From Actinomycetes bacterium (GTDB lineage: Bacteria; Actinomycetota; Acidimicrobiia; Spongiisociales; SHLN01), in contig JAHEJY010000004.1 of the NCBI GenBank assembly GCA_024638625.1, forward strand, positions 1 through 49,637: DNA of 49,637 nucleotides, written 5' to 3'. A program made the position numbers and the translations under genes. Below, piece by piece: positions 30,206 to 40,120 of this stretch. Position 1 is the stretch's first letter. Every line of letters begins with the position of its first letter. The notes beneath the pieces are model-generated. The model did no database searches and was not told the DNA's origin. It saw only the letters and a program-made list of their open reading frames with translations.

Positions 30206-30747
30206 GGGTTTCCTCGCTTCCGTAGGCGGACGATCTGGCTATCTCCGTAGGTTCGGTCATCTTCAACTACGAGACCCCCAACCGCTCCAGCGAGCCCTTC
30301 GCCCTTCCGCCGATGGACGACCACGGTGGCGCCGTCAGCCAGATAGGGATCCAGATGCTCGAGCGTTTCGTGGACTGACGCTAGCGAAAGGCGGTACGGT
30401 GGGTCAACGAACACGAGATCGTGGACGCCGGAGACCCGTGCCAGAGCTGCGGGAAGTGTTCCGCGGATGACCACTGCAGCAAAACCACATATGGCCAGGT
30501 TTTGCTGGATCACTTTTACCGCTTCACGGTTCTCCTCAACCATCGTTGCCGCCGCAGCGCCGCGGCTCAAGGCCTCGATTGAGAGGCTGCCGCTGCCTGC
30601 GTAGAGGTCAAGCACCCGTGCGCCCGGCAGCCGGGGAGCAATCGAAGAGAAGACGCCCTCCTTCGCCTTTCCCGTAAATGGCCTCGTGGTCGCAGCGGGA
30701 GGCGCTTTGAGCTTTCGTCCGCCCGCAGTCCCTGCGATAACCCTCAC
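30202..30747 (-). CDS. rsmD: 16S rRNA m2G966 methyltransferase
   Basis: GTG start VRVIAG, LDLYAGSG, EALSRGA, DPPY. Confidence 0.94.
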   Translation of the reverse strand: MRVIAGTAGGRKLKAPPAATTRPFTGKAKEGVFSSIAPRLPGARVLDLYAGSGSLSIEALSRGAAAATMVEENREAVKVIQQNLAICGFAAVVIRGTLPAALARVSGVHDLVFVDPPYRLSLASVHETLEHLDPYLADGATVVVHRRKGEGLAGAVGGLVVEDDRTYGDSQIVRLRKRGNP

Positions 30748-30757
30748 GACGCGCCGG

Positions 30758-32980
30758 TCATGAGTGGAGCAGAAACTCGCCCGAGTCTCCCAACACCACC
30801 CGCAGGTCCTCTCGCAACTCTTGGTGATGAGCGAGGTCCGGATCGATCTCGACCAGCGCGAACGCTTCCTGTCGAGCCGCGGCGAGAATGTCGTGATCGT
30901 CGAGGATGTTTGCCAGCTTGAGGTCGGGCACGCCCGACTGACGCTCTCCGAGGACGGTACCTTGCTTCCGAATCCGCAGATCGGCCTCGGCCAAAACAAA
31001 CCCATCGGTGCTGGATGCATACACCTCCAGCCTCGCCTTGCCGTCGGGGTTGGCCACAACACCCTTGTCGGTGAGCTTCCACGGAGCGTCCGAAATCGCA
31101 ATGCAGCGCCCTGGCCATTCACCCCGGCCCACCCGTCCACGTAGCTGGTGGAGTTGACTCAGACCAAACCTTTGAGCATCTTCGATGACCATGAGCGTCG
31201 CATTCGGAATATCAATGCCCACCTCAATTACGGTCGTGGCAACCAGCACGTCGATTTCGCCTGCCCGCATTCGCTCCATCACCCGTTCCTTTTCGACAGA
31301 TGGCAGTTGGCCGTGCAAGAGGCCTACTTCGAGGCCGGCGAAGATACGGGAGAGCCGGGCGTGCTCGGCCACAGCCGACGCCGCTTCCACGGTTTCGCTG
31401 TCGTCGACCAGAGGACAAACCACGAACGCCTGCCGGCCCGCAGCCACCTCCTCTTCAACGGCAGCCCAGGCCACATTCTCGTCTGCCAGCGGAAGCACCG
31501 AGGTCTCGACCGGAGATCGGCCCGGTGGCATCTCGTCGAGTTCGGTCACATCGAGATCGCCATATGCGGTCATGGCAAGAGTTCGAGGAATCGGAGTTGC
31601 CGTCATGATGAGGAGATCCGGGTCGGTGTCCTCACCCTTTTCGCGGAGCTGGACACGCTGGTGGACTCCGAAGCGGTGCTGCTCATCGATGACTGCCATG
31701 GCGAGGCTGCTGAAATGCACGCCTTGCTGGATCAGAGCGTGAGTTCCGACAACGATATCGAGGCGTCCACCGGCGATATCAGAAAGCACGGACTCACGAT
31801 CAGCGGTGCTGCCGGTAAGGAGACCCATCCGGACCCCGACTTCGTCACAGAGCGGTTTCATCCCGAGGTAATGCTGCTCGGCAAGGACTTCGGTGGGAGC
31901 CATCACCGCGCCCTGGAATCCGCTTTGAACGGCAGTGAGCAACGCCGCCAGAGCTACAACCGTTTTACCCGAGCCCACCTCGCCCTGGAGGAGCCGATGC
32001 ATGGGGTGAGAGCTTGCCATGTCGGCCTGAATCTCGGATATGGCGTTTTCCTGAGCTCCCGTGAGCTGATAGGGCAAACTCTCGAGAAATGCCTGAACGA
32101 GGCCGGCTGTGACGTCGTGTTGTACACCCTGGGAGCGGGCCAGCTGCTGGTGTTTCCGAATCGCCAGCGCGAGTTCCAATCGGTAGAGCTCATCAAAGGC
32201 CAACCTCCGTCGCGCCGGGCCCTCGTCAATCTTCTCCTCTGGAAAATGGATATCGGCAAACGCCTGATCCCTCGAGATGAGATCGAGGGCCTCGAGGATC
32301 CGTTCCGGGACCGGATCCGCTATCGGCCGTGATCGCTGGAGCGCGTTGTGTATCGCTCTTCGAAGCATTGCCTGACCGACCTTGTTGACAGTCGCGTAGA
32401 CCGGCACTACCCGACCCGTGACCAGAGCTTCGGTCGAACCTGACAGCACATCGACTGCCTTGGGTTTCATCTGAAGACGCCCCCGAACCCGATCGACGAC
32501 ACCAGAAATCGCTACTTCTGTCCCCTCTGGCAGCTGGCGGGCGAGCCAGGGCTGATTGAAGAATGTGACGATGAGAGGCGAGTTCCCATCGGTGAGGGTC
32601 ACCTCGATGATGGTCAGTTTGGCCCTGGGTCGCCTGGTTGAGACGCGGGTGACGGTACCGATCGCGGTGACCTCTTCACCCAGCGGTATCTCGGAAAACG
32701 GAGGCTTGAGCGTTCGATCGATGGTTCTCCGGGGGAAATGAAACAAGAGATCCATCACCGAGACGATGCCGCCCTTTTTGAGCATCCCCCCGTATTTGCC
32801 CCCGAGCCCTTTGACGCGCTCAACCGGGATTCTCGAGAGGTAGGCCAGGGTTCGACCACGCTCCGCCGGTCCTTCGCTCGTACCGGACTCAACGGATGAT
32901 GCCGCCAGGACTTGCGCGTCCGGCATGACCTGCCCATTTTGGGAGCCAGAACTCTTGGCTGAAGAGGATTCCTTCGTCAT
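30758..32980 (-). CDS. recG: ATP-dependent DNA helicase RecG
   Basis: RLLQGEVGSGKT, IDEQHRFG, TATPIPRTL, QLRGRVGRG; start uncertain. Confidence 0.97.
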   Translation of the reverse strand: MTKESSSAKSSGSQNGQVMPDAQVLAASSVESGTSEGPAERGRTLAYLSRIPVERVKGLGGKYGGMLKKGGIVSVMDLLFHFPRRTIDRTLKPPFSEIPLGEEVTAIGTVTRVSTRRPRAKLTIIEVTLTDGNSPLIVTFFNQPWLARQLPEGTEVAISGVVDRVRGRLQMKPKAVDVLSGSTEALVTGRVVPVYATVNKVGQAMLRRAIHNALQRSRPIADPVPERILEALDLISRDQAFADIHFPEEKIDEGPARRRLAFDELYRLELALAIRKHQQLARSQGVQHDVTAGLVQAFLESLPYQLTGAQENAISEIQADMASSHPMHRLLQGEVGSGKTVVALAALLTAVQSGFQGAVMAPTEVLAEQHYLGMKPLCDEVGVRMGLLTGSTADRESVLSDIAGGRLDIVVGTHALIQQGVHFSSLAMAVIDEQHRFGVHQRVQLREKGEDTDPDLLIMTATPIPRTLAMTAYGDLDVTELDEMPPGRSPVETSVLPLADENVAWAAVEEEVAAGRQAFVVCPLVDDSETVEAASAVAEHARLSRIFAGLEVGLLHGQLPSVEKERVMERMRAGEIDVLVATTVIEVGIDIPNATLMVIEDAQRFGLSQLHQLRGRVGRGEWPGRCIAISDAPWKLTDKGVVANPDGKARLEVYASSTDGFVLAEADLRIRKQGTVLGERQSGVPDLKLANILDDHDILAAARQEAFALVEIDPDLAHHQELREDLRVVLGDSGEFLLHS

Positions 32981-33088
32981 CGATCGCGTAGCGTAACGGT
33001 TGTCACCTACCCAACGGCCTCCCATCGCCTAGCCTGTGCTATGGTTTCGGCCGCCCGCCATCCACCCGTTCATCGATAAGAGGTTCTC

Positions 33089-33295
33089 ATGTCCCACCGT
33101 TGCGAAATCTGCGACAAAGGTCCGCGCTACGGCAAAAAGGTCAGCTTTTCCCATAAGCGCTCAAACCGGCGGTGGCTGCCCAACATCCAACGGGTTCGGA
33201 TCAAAGACGGCACCAATTCCCGCAAGGCCCGCGTCTGCACGTCGTGCATCAAAGCAGGCAAGATCGAGAAGGTCGGGAACCCTTCGGGTTCCTAA
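33089..33295 (+). CDS. rpmB: 50S ribosomal protein L28
   Basis: CEICDK...SHKRSNRRWLPNIQ...VCTSCIK; last six codons and stop lie in a repeat. Confidence 0.96.
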   Translation: MSHRCEICDKGPRYGKKVSFSHKRSNRRWLPNIQRVRIKDGTNSRKARVCTSCIKAGKIEKVGNPSGS

Positions 33296-33575
33296 GGAGT
33301 TTGCGGGAACCCTTCGGATTCGGGAACCCTTCGGGTTCCTTGGAGTTTGCGGGAACCCTTCGGGTTCCTAAGGAGTTTGCTCCGCAAACTCCACTTGACG
33401 CAAAGGGGCTAGAACACCCTGCGGATGCCATTCAGAAAACTCGGTAGAAAACTGGATCCTTCATTCACGCAAAGGGGCTTGAACACTCTGCGCATGCCAT
33501 CAGAAAAAGCAGATACCATTCAGAAAACTGGGCCCCACATTCACGCAAAGGGGCTAGAACACCCTGCGGATGCCA
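33274..33575 (+). repeat. Cluster of a palindromic REP/MITE-like element: 4 x CGGGAACCCTTCGG, one full 81-bp element (33350-33430), 3 x 33-bp tail
   Basis: CGGGAACCCTTCGG at 33274, 33304, 33321, 33350; ACGCAAAGGGGCT(A/T)GAACAC(C/T)CTGCG(G/C)ATGCCA at 33398, 33467, 33543. Confidence 0.9.
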
Positions 33576-33610
33576 CCCGATCAATACTGCGATGCCAGGA
33601 AGCGATACTG

Positions 33611-33847
33611 CTAAATGGTCACCTTTGGGCAGGCCACGGCGCGGCTGATGCCCTCTACCGCCGTGACGTTGGTACCGACGAGTACGCCCATCTCGTCGAT
33701 CGACTGCGTTTCTGCTTCCGCGATCACATCGTACGAGCCCGAGACCCCGGTCACGCGAACAATGCCGGGGAGCGAAGTCAATCGAGCCACGACCTCAGCC
33801 GTTCGGCCTGGTTCGGTTTGTATGAGCACAAAAGACTCAACAGCCAC
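33611..33847 (-). CDS. Lrp/AsnC ligand-binding domain protein
   Basis: FVLIQTEPG...VSGSYDVIA; standard neighbour of ddl in actinobacteria. Confidence 0.88.
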   Translation of the reverse strand: MAVESFVLIQTEPGRTAEVVARLTSLPGIVRVTGVSGSYDVIAEAETQSIDEMGVLVGTNVTAVEGISRAVACPKVTI

Positions 33848-34059
33848 TAGTAACCGTCTGATCCGAAGCGAAGGCGCGAGGCATAATCACGGCCGTCTTC
33901 TGCCGCGATATCGAATACAACTCGCTGTCCCTGCCGGAGCATGCGAAACAGGCTCCCGTCCAGAGAGCCGGGACGAAGATATACCGCCTCGAGATTGTCC
34001 TCGCGGATGATGATGCCCGCCCCGGTTTTGGGATCGTAGACCTTCACAACGCCTTGCAT
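33847..34059 (-). CDS. Cold-shock domain protein
   Basis: MQGVVKVYD...GAGII...LRQGQRVVF; TATACT 8 nt before the ATG. Confidence 0.8.
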   Translation of the reverse strand: MQGVVKVYDPKTGAGIIIREDNLEAVYLRPGSLDGSLFRMLRQGQRVVFDIAAEDGRDYASRLRFGSDGY

Positions 34060-34106
34060 GGCGCCCGAGTATAGGGACGGTGCACTCCGCCATCTGTGAG
34101 CTCGCG

Positions 34107-35138
34107 CTATCCGAGAGCAGCCTTGACGAGCCCATCGATGAGGTCCGGGTATTTGACTCCCGACGCCTCCCACAGCAGGGGAAACATGCTCCGCTTCGTC
34201 ATGCCCGGCATGGTGTTGACCTCATTGAGCAAGAATCCTCGACCCGCTTCTTCGTAGAAGAAGTCGACCCTGGCCAGGCCGCTCAATTCGAGAGCCTGAA
34301 ACGCCCGACCTGCCAGAGTTTGCGCAGCAGCCATTTCGGACGTCGACAACGGGGCGGGCACATGCAATACGGTTCCCTCGTCATGGTATTTCGAGGCATA
34401 GTCGTACCAACTGCCGGTCGGCGGGACGATTTCACCCGGCACACTCATCCTCGGACCATCGAGAACCGCGACCTCTATCTCGCGGCCGACAATGCCCTCT
34501 TCCACGATCGCCTTCGAGCCGTGTTCGAACGCGAGAGTGAGTGCCGGTTTGACGCCGTCGGGTTCCACGACCTTGGAAATCCCGACCGAAGACCCGAGAG
34601 ACGCAGGCTTCACGAACATCGGAAGGCCCAGCTCCTTCTGGAGGAGGCTCAAGACGTCACCTGGCGCCTCATTCCACTCGGAGGCTCGTACGACAACGCT
34701 TCTGGACACCGGCAGTCCGGCGTCTATGAACACCCTCCTGGCCATGTCCTTGTCCATCCCCACTGCCGACCCCAGAACTCCGGCCCCGACGTAGGGGAGA
34801 CCGGATACCTCGAAGAGCCCCTGGACTGTGCCGTCTTCGCCGAAAGGTCCATGGAGCACGGGGAACACGGCATCTACCTCAATTGTCGAACCCGATTCAG
34901 ACAGCAACCGGCCGCCCGGGGTGAGCATATGGACGGTCTCCCCCACCGCTTCGAGCCGGTCCCGCTCGCCTGCAGGCTGACCAGAATCAGCCAGATGCCA
35001 GTCGCCCACCCGGTCGATCCCCACCGCTATCACCCGGTGGTGATGGGCCTCGAGCGCGGTGACCACTGACGCCGCTGACACACAAGAAACCTCATGTTCA
35101 GCAGATATTCCACCGAAAAGAACTAGGACAGAAGCCAC
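34107..35138 (-). CDS. ddl: D-alanine--D-alanine ligase
   Basis: GGISAEHEVS, LHGPFGEDG, GSSVG, NEVNTMPG. Confidence 0.97.
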   Translation of the reverse strand: MASVLVLFGGISAEHEVSCVSAASVVTALEAHHHRVIAVGIDRVGDWHLADSGQPAGERDRLEAVGETVHMLTPGGRLLSESGSTIEVDAVFPVLHGPFGEDGTVQGLFEVSGLPYVGAGVLGSAVGMDKDMARRVFIDAGLPVSRSVVVRASEWNEAPGDVLSLLQKELGLPMFVKPASLGSSVGISKVVEPDGVKPALTLAFEHGSKAIVEEGIVGREIEVAVLDGPRMSVPGEIVPPTGSWYDYASKYHDEGTVLHVPAPLSTSEMAAAQTLAGRAFQALELSGLARVDFFYEEAGRGFLLNEVNTMPGMTKRSMFPLLWEASGVKYPDLIDGLVKAALG

Positions 35139-35170
35139 GAGGAGACATTACTCGCGCAGCGAGCCACGTC

Positions 35171-37702
35171 ATGGGTGACGACCTTTACCAGGAACTAAGC
35201 AGCATGCGTCCCGAGCAGAAGCCTCGCAAACGCAAGAATCGCCGCGCCCAGGACGTCGATCCGGGCGCGGAGTCGAAACCACCAGCGGGCAGTGTCGAGC
35301 GACGTTCCCGGCGTCTCACGCTCGCCAGTGATACCGGGGATTATTTGCCGTCACGAAGAGCCAACGGTTCGGACACGCAACACCCCGGCCAGCCGGAAAC
35401 AGTCAACCAGGCAACACCAATGTCAAACCTTTCCCTGGGCTCCAAGGGGATCGTGCCAACCACCCGTAACTCGGGCCGTGACGAGGGCGCACCGGCAACA
35501 CTCAACCGCCCATCCACGAAACAACAGGTTGCTCACCAGCTTCCCGGCAACGTTGGTCAGGCTCCCCGGCTCGAAGCAACCCTGACCAACCTTGCACGAA
35601 CGGAGATTCCCAAGGTGAATTTCACGTTCACGAATCTCGATGAGGAATTCCCTCGCACTGACCAAGCCGACGAGGCAGGCTCCGTGAAGAAAATGAGCCG
35701 CAAGGACAAACGCGAGCTCAAACACCAGGAAAAGAGGGATCGCCAAGAAGAAAAGGACGAAGCCAAAGAGGCCAAACGTCGTGCCAAAGAACAGGCGAAA
35801 ACCGACCGCAAGAACGAGAGGAGGTCGCGTCGCGGCCAGCTCCCCATCGACCACACCGATGCCTCGCCGCTCACGCCCAAAGAACTCAAACGCCGACAGA
35901 AGGAACGGAAGCGTCAGCTCGATCAGCATCAAGTAGTAGCAGCGGGAAAAGTGCGGGCGATCAGGATCGGAATAATCCTCTGGTGGTTGGGACTGGCCGG
36001 AGCTGTCTACTACGGGTTTGTCACCTCCCGTATTGAAGACGCCACGTTCTCGATTCCCCTCCTCGCGGGCGGCGTCATGGCAGCGATTCAGAGCGTTCTG
36101 CCCTGGAAACGCCTTTCAGGGCGCCCCATCGGCCAGATTGCGAATCTCCTCGGCATCCTCGGAGGACTGGGCGTCATCACGACCCTGGCTGGTCACGTCG
36201 AATCAACAGTGATCGTCTTCAGCTTGTATGTCGTATTCCTGGCCTACGGCTCAGTGCTCTTGCCGCTCTGGGGCTATGGCGTGTCCGCCCTGGGAGCCGT
36301 TGGGGTGTATGGAGCAATCACCTGGATCGCAAACCCGACGGTGGGCGCCGACACGATCCTTCCCGTGGCATCGTTGGCTGTTGTCTCGATGGCGATCGCT
36401 CTCACAAATATGGAACTCCTTCGCTATGCGCGCGAGGCAGCGAGACGGTTGGTTCGACTCGAAATCCAACAGGATGGCCTGCAGGATCGACAGAAAGACC
36501 TGGAGGCCCTCTACGAAGTCTCCAGGACGATCGGCGCCGGTGAAGCCATCGAGAAGGTCATCCCGGAACTCATCGAGCGCACTGCCGGATACGTACATGC
36601 CAAAGTGGGGGTAATGCTGCTGTACCGGCCCGTGGAGGACATTCTCGACGCTCTCTCGCCGATATGGGCAGCCGGACAACCCCTCGAAGCCGACGGCTAT
36701 AACCTCCCGCTGTCCTCGAAATCGGGTGCGGTTTGGGCCTTCCGCAACGGGCAGCCGATCGCTATCAACGAGATTCCGGACGGAGTAACCGATCCCCTCA
36801 TACGGGACCTCGGGGTCGAACGGGTGGCTGCGGTACCTCTCCAGATCGAGAATCGTACGATTGGCGTGATGATGGTTGCCGACAAACCCACCGATTTCGA
36901 CGAGGCCGATCTGAAGACTCTGGAGCTGCTGGCCGCACCGGCCGCTCTCGTTCTGCAGAGTGTCGTCCGTCTGGAGGCGTCACAGGAAACCGGCCGCAAG
37001 ATGTCGGAGCTCGCCCAGATGAAGTCTGACTTCGTGTCGGTCGTGAGCCATGAGCTCCGTACCCCTCTCACCTCGGTGATTGGTGCCTTGTCGACGATGT
37101 CTCGACCCGAGCTCGCTCCCAGCAACCCGACTGCGGCCAGCCTCCTCGAGTCCGCCAGGAGCCAGGCTCAACGGCTGAAAGTCTTGATCGAGGACCTTCT
37201 CACGGTGTCAAAGATCGACAACCAGGCACTTCCGCAGCGCTCCGAGCTCGTAGAGGTGCAGTCGTTCCTGAGCGAGATGATCACAACAGGCGACAACTGG
37301 GATGCGGTTACCGTCGACGCCTCGGAGGCACTTGCACCGATACACATCGATCGGGACCACTTGCGGCGCATCATCACGAACCTGGTTGACAACGCTCGCA
37401 AGTACGCCGCGAACTCGACGATCGAGATAGTCGCCATGGAAGCGTCCGGCCGGGTCCGGATCTCGGTCATCGATCACGGCCCCGGAGTTCCTTTCCAGTT
37501 CCGGGAGACGATTTTCGAACGTTTCACCCAGGTGGAGGCGCCCGGAACACGTGGCACCGGCGGTACCGGTCTCGGTTTGAGCATTGTGAGAGAACTAGCG
37601 GAATCCATGAACGGCAAGGCGTGGTACGAGCCGACCGTGGGAGGTGGAGCCACGTTCATCGTGGAGTTTCCCGCCGTCGACGCCGCACTCGAGGTTGCCT
37701 AG
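35171..37702 (+). CDS. Membrane sensor histidine kinase (charged disordered N-terminus, ~6 TM, GAF, HisKA, HATPase)
   Basis: SHELRTPL H-box, NLVDNARKY, DHGPG, GTGLGL. Confidence 0.92.
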   Translation: MGDDLYQELSSMRPEQKPRKRKNRRAQDVDPGAESKPPAGSVERRSRRLTLASDTGDYLPSRRANGSDTQHPGQPETVNQATPMSNLSLGSKGIVPTTRNSGRDEGAPATLNRPSTKQQVAHQLPGNVGQAPRLEATLTNLARTEIPKVNFTFTNLDEEFPRTDQADEAGSVKKMSRKDKRELKHQEKRDRQEEKDEAKEAKRRAKEQAKTDRKNERRSRRGQLPIDHTDASPLTPKELKRRQKERKRQLDQHQVVAAGKVRAIRIGIILWWLGLAGAVYYGFVTSRIEDATFSIPLLAGGVMAAIQSVLPWKRLSGRPIGQIANLLGILGGLGVITTLAGHVESTVIVFSLYVVFLAYGSVLLPLWGYGVSALGAVGVYGAITWIANPTVGADTILPVASLAVVSMAIALTNMELLRYAREAARRLVRLEIQQDGLQDRQKDLEALYEVSRTIGAGEAIEKVIPELIERTAGYVHAKVGVMLLYRPVEDILDALSPIWAAGQPLEADGYNLPLSSKSGAVWAFRNGQPIAINEIPDGVTDPLIRDLGVERVAAVPLQIENRTIGVMMVADKPTDFDEADLKTLELLAAPAALVLQSVVRLEASQETGRKMSELAQMKSDFVSVVSHELRTPLTSVIGALSTMSRPELAPSNPTAASLLESARSQAQRLKVLIEDLLTVSKIDNQALPQRSELVEVQSFLSEMITTGDNWDAVTVDASEALAPIHIDRDHLRRIITNLVDNARKYAANSTIEIVAMEASGRVRISVIDHGPGVPFQFRETIFERFTQVEAPGTRGTGGTGLGLSIVRELAESMNGKAWYEPTVGGGATFIVEFPAVDAALEVA

Positions 37703-37741
37703 GCGATTTCAGACGCTGTCGCAACTCCTAACGTTTCGCAT

Positions 37742-38908
37742 GTGTCGGAACGCCGTGAATTTCCAGCCAGCCTGGGGGCCAGCCTCTTGCTGCTTACCGG
37801 CGCGAGACTCACTGTCAACTCCGCCATCAGGTTCGTGTATCCCTTCCTCGGAGTCATATCGCGGGGACTCGGCATCCCCATCGAGCAGGCCGGGCTCCTC
37901 GTGTCTGCCCGCTGGGCTGCGGGCCTGGCTACCCCTGCGGTCACAGCAACGGTCGGACGCCAGAACGGCCACCGGCGCCAGATCGTGATCGGGCTGGCTC
38001 TGTTTGGAGTCGGAGCGGCCGCCGCAGCCTCATTCGGAACACTCACAGGCGCCATGGTCGGTTTCGCCGCGATGGGCCTCGCCAAACCGAGTTTTGACGT
38101 TGCGGCCCAGGCCTACCTTGCTGATCGAGTTCCGTACGAACAACGGGCCCGTTCGCTCGGAATCTTTGAGATGACATGGGCGGGTAGTTTTCTCGTCGGC
38201 GCGCCTGCAGCTGGTTGGCTCATTGCAAGGGGCGGATGGACCGCCCCGTTCTGGGTTTTTGCGGCGATCTTGATCGTGGCGGTCGTGCCCACGGCACGCA
38301 CCCTCGACAGCAACCCTGCCAAGCGCGAAAAGCAAAAGAAGCTCGACTGGGACAGGTCCGCGATCGCTCTGTTGTTGGTCATGAGCCTTTTCGCCGGAGG
38401 CGCCGAAGTCCTGTTTGTCATCTTCGGTGTCTGGCTCGAGGGTTCCTTCGGCTTGGCCATCGTCGCCCTCGGAGCAACCTCAATATTCGTCGGTCTTGCC
38501 GAGTTGGCCGGCGAGGGTGCGACGGTGGCCGTTACCGATCGACTGGGAAAACGGCGTGCGCTCGTACTCGGTTTGGCCGTCTCGGCCATGGGATACGCGC
38601 TTCTCATCCCGGGCGAAGACAGCTTCGTAATGGGACTCGGAGCACTGGGTCTGGGGCTGGCAGGATTCGAGTTCGCCATCCTGTCGTCGGTCCCGCTCCA
38701 AACCGAGTTGAAACCGGGAGCTCGAGCGCAGTTGCTCTCCTGGGCCGTGGTTTCCATGGGGATCGCAAGGGCGATCGGGGCTGGAATCGGGCCGATGCTA
38801 TATAGCGCGTTCGGCCTCTCCGGAAACGCGATCCTGGCGGCCACGCTCAACGCTGCCGCAATCGCAGTCTTGATCCGGTGGGTGCCCGAGCCCACCGCCA
38901 GCGATTGA
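37742..38908 (+). CDS. MFS transporter
   Basis: About 12 TM helices; TDRLGKRR motif A. Confidence 0.9.
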   Translation: MSERREFPASLGASLLLLTGARLTVNSAIRFVYPFLGVISRGLGIPIEQAGLLVSARWAAGLATPAVTATVGRQNGHRRQIVIGLALFGVGAAAAASFGTLTGAMVGFAAMGLAKPSFDVAAQAYLADRVPYEQRARSLGIFEMTWAGSFLVGAPAAGWLIARGGWTAPFWVFAAILIVAVVPTARTLDSNPAKREKQKKLDWDRSAIALLLVMSLFAGGAEVLFVIFGVWLEGSFGLAIVALGATSIFVGLAELAGEGATVAVTDRLGKRRALVLGLAVSAMGYALLIPGEDSFVMGLGALGLGLAGFEFAILSSVPLQTELKPGARAQLLSWAVVSMGIARAIGAGIGPMLYSAFGLSGNAILAATLNAAAIAVLIRWVPEPTASD

Positions 38909-38909
38909 G

Positions 38910-39695
38910 CTACTCGTCGACGCCGGCCGCTATCGCGTGGAACCCTCCGTCGACATGGATGACTTCTCCGGTTGTGGCCTGCGCCCAGTCTGAAAGCAAC
39001 ACACACACCATGCGGGCCACCGGCTCGGGATCGGACACGTCCCAGAACAGCGGTGATCGCTGGCTCCAAACCCGGGAAAACTGGTCAAAGCCCGGAATGG
39101 ACTTGGCAGCCACCGTACCGAGCGGGCCGGCTGACACGGCGTTCACCCTGATAGCTTCTCGACCGAGATCCCTGGCAAGATAACGAACGACCGAGACGAG
39201 CGCGGCTTTCGCCACGCCCATCCAGTCATAGGCCGGCCAGGCCTGACGGTTGTCGAAATCGAGCGTTACCAGGGAACCGCCGCCTCCAGCTTTCAGAAGT
39301 GGGAGCAGGCCGACTGCCAGCGTCTTCAGAGAGTACGCGGAGGTCATGAACGCGGTCTGGGCGCTTTCCGGGGGCGTGGCGAGAAAATTGCCTCCCAGCG
39401 CATCCTCAGGGGCGTACGCGATGGCGTGAAGTGCTCCGTCAACGGCTCCCCACCGGGTCGTGAGGTTGTCGGCAAGCGCGGAAACATGATCAGGATCATT
39501 GATATCCAGCTCGAGCACATCCGGTGGCACCGGCAAGCGATTGGCTACGCGCTCGGTGAGTTTCATGCCTCGACCGAAGCTCGTCAAAACGATCTCGGCG
39601 CCCTCCTCCTGGGCGATGCGAGCTACATGAAAAGCGATTGAACCGTCGGTGAGAACGCCAGTGATGACGAGGCGTTTTTCGTCAAGTAGTCCCAT
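38910..39695 (-). CDS. fabI: Enoyl-ACP reductase FabI (InhA-type)
   Basis: GVLTDGSIAF, YDWMGVAK, VSAGPL, IHVDGG. Confidence 0.95.
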   Translation of the reverse strand: MGLLDEKRLVITGVLTDGSIAFHVARIAQEEGAEIVLTSFGRGMKLTERVANRLPVPPDVLELDINDPDHVSALADNLTTRWGAVDGALHAIAYAPEDALGGNFLATPPESAQTAFMTSAYSLKTLAVGLLPLLKAGGGGSLVTLDFDNRQAWPAYDWMGVAKAALVSVVRYLARDLGREAIRVNAVSAGPLGTVAAKSIPGFDQFSRVWSQRSPLFWDVSDPEPVARMVCVLLSDWAQATTGEVIHVDGGFHAIAAGVDE

Positions 39696-39720
39696 AGGGC
39701 AACTCTAAACCGGGCGACGA

Positions 39721-40077
39721 TCAGAAACTGCGACCGAAGGTCATGATGCCGCGGATTCCCAAACCCATCGTGAAGAGGAGCAACAAGCCCCAGCGCAAAC
39801 CGGGCCGTTTGTCGAGCTGGTCGCGATACACGTACGCGAACGTCAGTGTGAAGAGAATGATGAAACCGTAGAACATGTGCTGGGAACCAGGACGCTGACC
39901 AGTGTTATAGAGGTAAACACCCGCAAGGACCTGGACAACCAGTGCACCCAGGGTTGTCATCATCGCCGGTTTGAAGGCTCTGGGCATCGGCCGATTCCTC
40001 AGCCCGAGCGCCCAGAGTCCTGTGAGGCCCACCGCCGCCGTCACCACATACCCAAAACCGGTGTGAAACGCTCCCAT
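39721..40077 (-). CDS. Hypothetical four-TM membrane protein
   Basis: Hydrophobic 118-aa ORF with HMFYG motif; TAACCT 6 nt before the ATG. Confidence 0.75.
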   Translation of the reverse strand: MGAFHTGFGYVVTAAVGLTGLWALGLRNRPMPRAFKPAMMTTLGALVVQVLAGVYLYNTGQRPGSQHMFYGFIILFTLTFAYVYRDQLDKRPGLRWGLLLLFTMGLGIRGIMTFGRSF

Positions 40078-40120
40078 GCGATCAGGTTACGGCCCGGATC
40101 GCGGGTAACGTGAACCGGTC

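Noticed and set aside
33384-33410. GCAAAC...GACGCAAAG resembling a c-di-GMP-I riboswitch core
   Set aside because: No GNRA-capped P2 stem between the motifs, and the element lies 3' of genes rather than in a leader.
33398-33575. Mini-CRISPR-like pattern: three 33-bp repeats separated by 36 and 43 bp
   Set aside because: The spacers resemble each other (TCAGAAAA...AGAAAACTGG...CATTC), the repeat is the tail of a dispersed element also at 45129, and no cas genes are present; it is a degenerate tandem duplication.
31148-39069. Long antisense ORFs (31148-32332, 34080-35069, 38113-39069; also 12909-13832, 24971-26002)
   Set aside because: Shadow frames of recG, ddl, the MFS gene, ffh and mutM/smc, as expected in high-GC DNA.
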